Shown here piece by piece: positions 31,976 through 32,000 of a stretch of DNA of 32,000 nt. The notes under the pieces are model-generated. The model had not been told where the DNA came from and made no database searches. It saw only the letters and a list, made by a program, of their open reading frames with translations. The stretch lies in NCBI RefSeq assembly GCF_016806735.1, contig NZ_CP060530.1, positions 957,839 through 989,838 of the forward strand. Direction: 5' to 3'. Made by a program: the position numbers and the translations under genes. The stretch's first letter is position 1, and every line of letters begins with the position of its first letter. Source of the stretch: Candidatus Micrarchaeum sp. Its GTDB lineage: Archaea; Micrarchaeota; Micrarchaeia; Micrarchaeales; Micrarchaeaceae.

Positions 31976-32000
31976 GAGTTATTAGGCGACGGTGCGGTCA

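Noticed and set aside
1-32000. Search for CRISPR arrays, transposases, integrases, toxin-antitoxin pairs or recognisable defence systems.
   Set aside because: I found no regularly spaced short repeats and no ORFs with such signatures. The only long repeat is the 47-nt rRNA-end duplication reported above.

Overview
Gene-dense archaeal chromosome segment, roughly mid-40s % GC by eye. Convergent genes overlap in several places, and several genes have a TATA-like box about 25 nt upstream of the ATG, which suggests leaderless mRNAs. The window holds three fragments of conserved archaeal ribosomal-protein and RNA-polymerase operons on the minus strand: rpoD-tRNALeu-L18e-L13-S9-rpoN-tRNAPro-S2, L7Ae-S28e-L24e, and L30e-S12-S7-EF2. 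It also holds a stand-alone, strongly divergent 23S rRNA gene with no 16S or 5S nearby. Other content: pyrG, a 2H phosphoesterase, a flippase/GT2/GT-C-like glycosylation module, a short XPF nuclease, Cgi121, a copper-resistance cluster built on TRASH domains, a geranylgeranyl-reductase-like flavoprotein, rpoK, a metallophosphoesterase and an M50/CBS site-2 protease. Intron-bearing tRNAs, the divergent rRNA, an unlinked 23S and broken superoperons suggest a fast-evolving small-genome archaeon such as a DPANN/ARMAN-like lineage; this is inference only. Main observations: (1) A 47-nt perfect direct repeat made of the 23S 3' terminal helix strand plus trailer brackets one AAA+ (COG1373/DUF4143) ATPase gene, giving an attL/attR-like cassette at an rRNA 3' end. 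(2) Two intron-containing tRNAs absent from the ORF track sit within a few nt of flanking ORFs; one has an intron in the T-loop. (3) The 23S carries apparently compensated substitutions at near-universal peptidyl-transferase-centre pairs and an A at the sarcin-ricin bulged-G position. (4) S9, S7, L7Ae and S28e carry charged low-complexity extensions. (5) The copper module has TRASH domains on the regulator, the chaperone and the ATPase. (6) There is an orphan CheD-like protein that seems to lack the catalytic Cys and His. No CRISPR array, transposase or integrase was seen.
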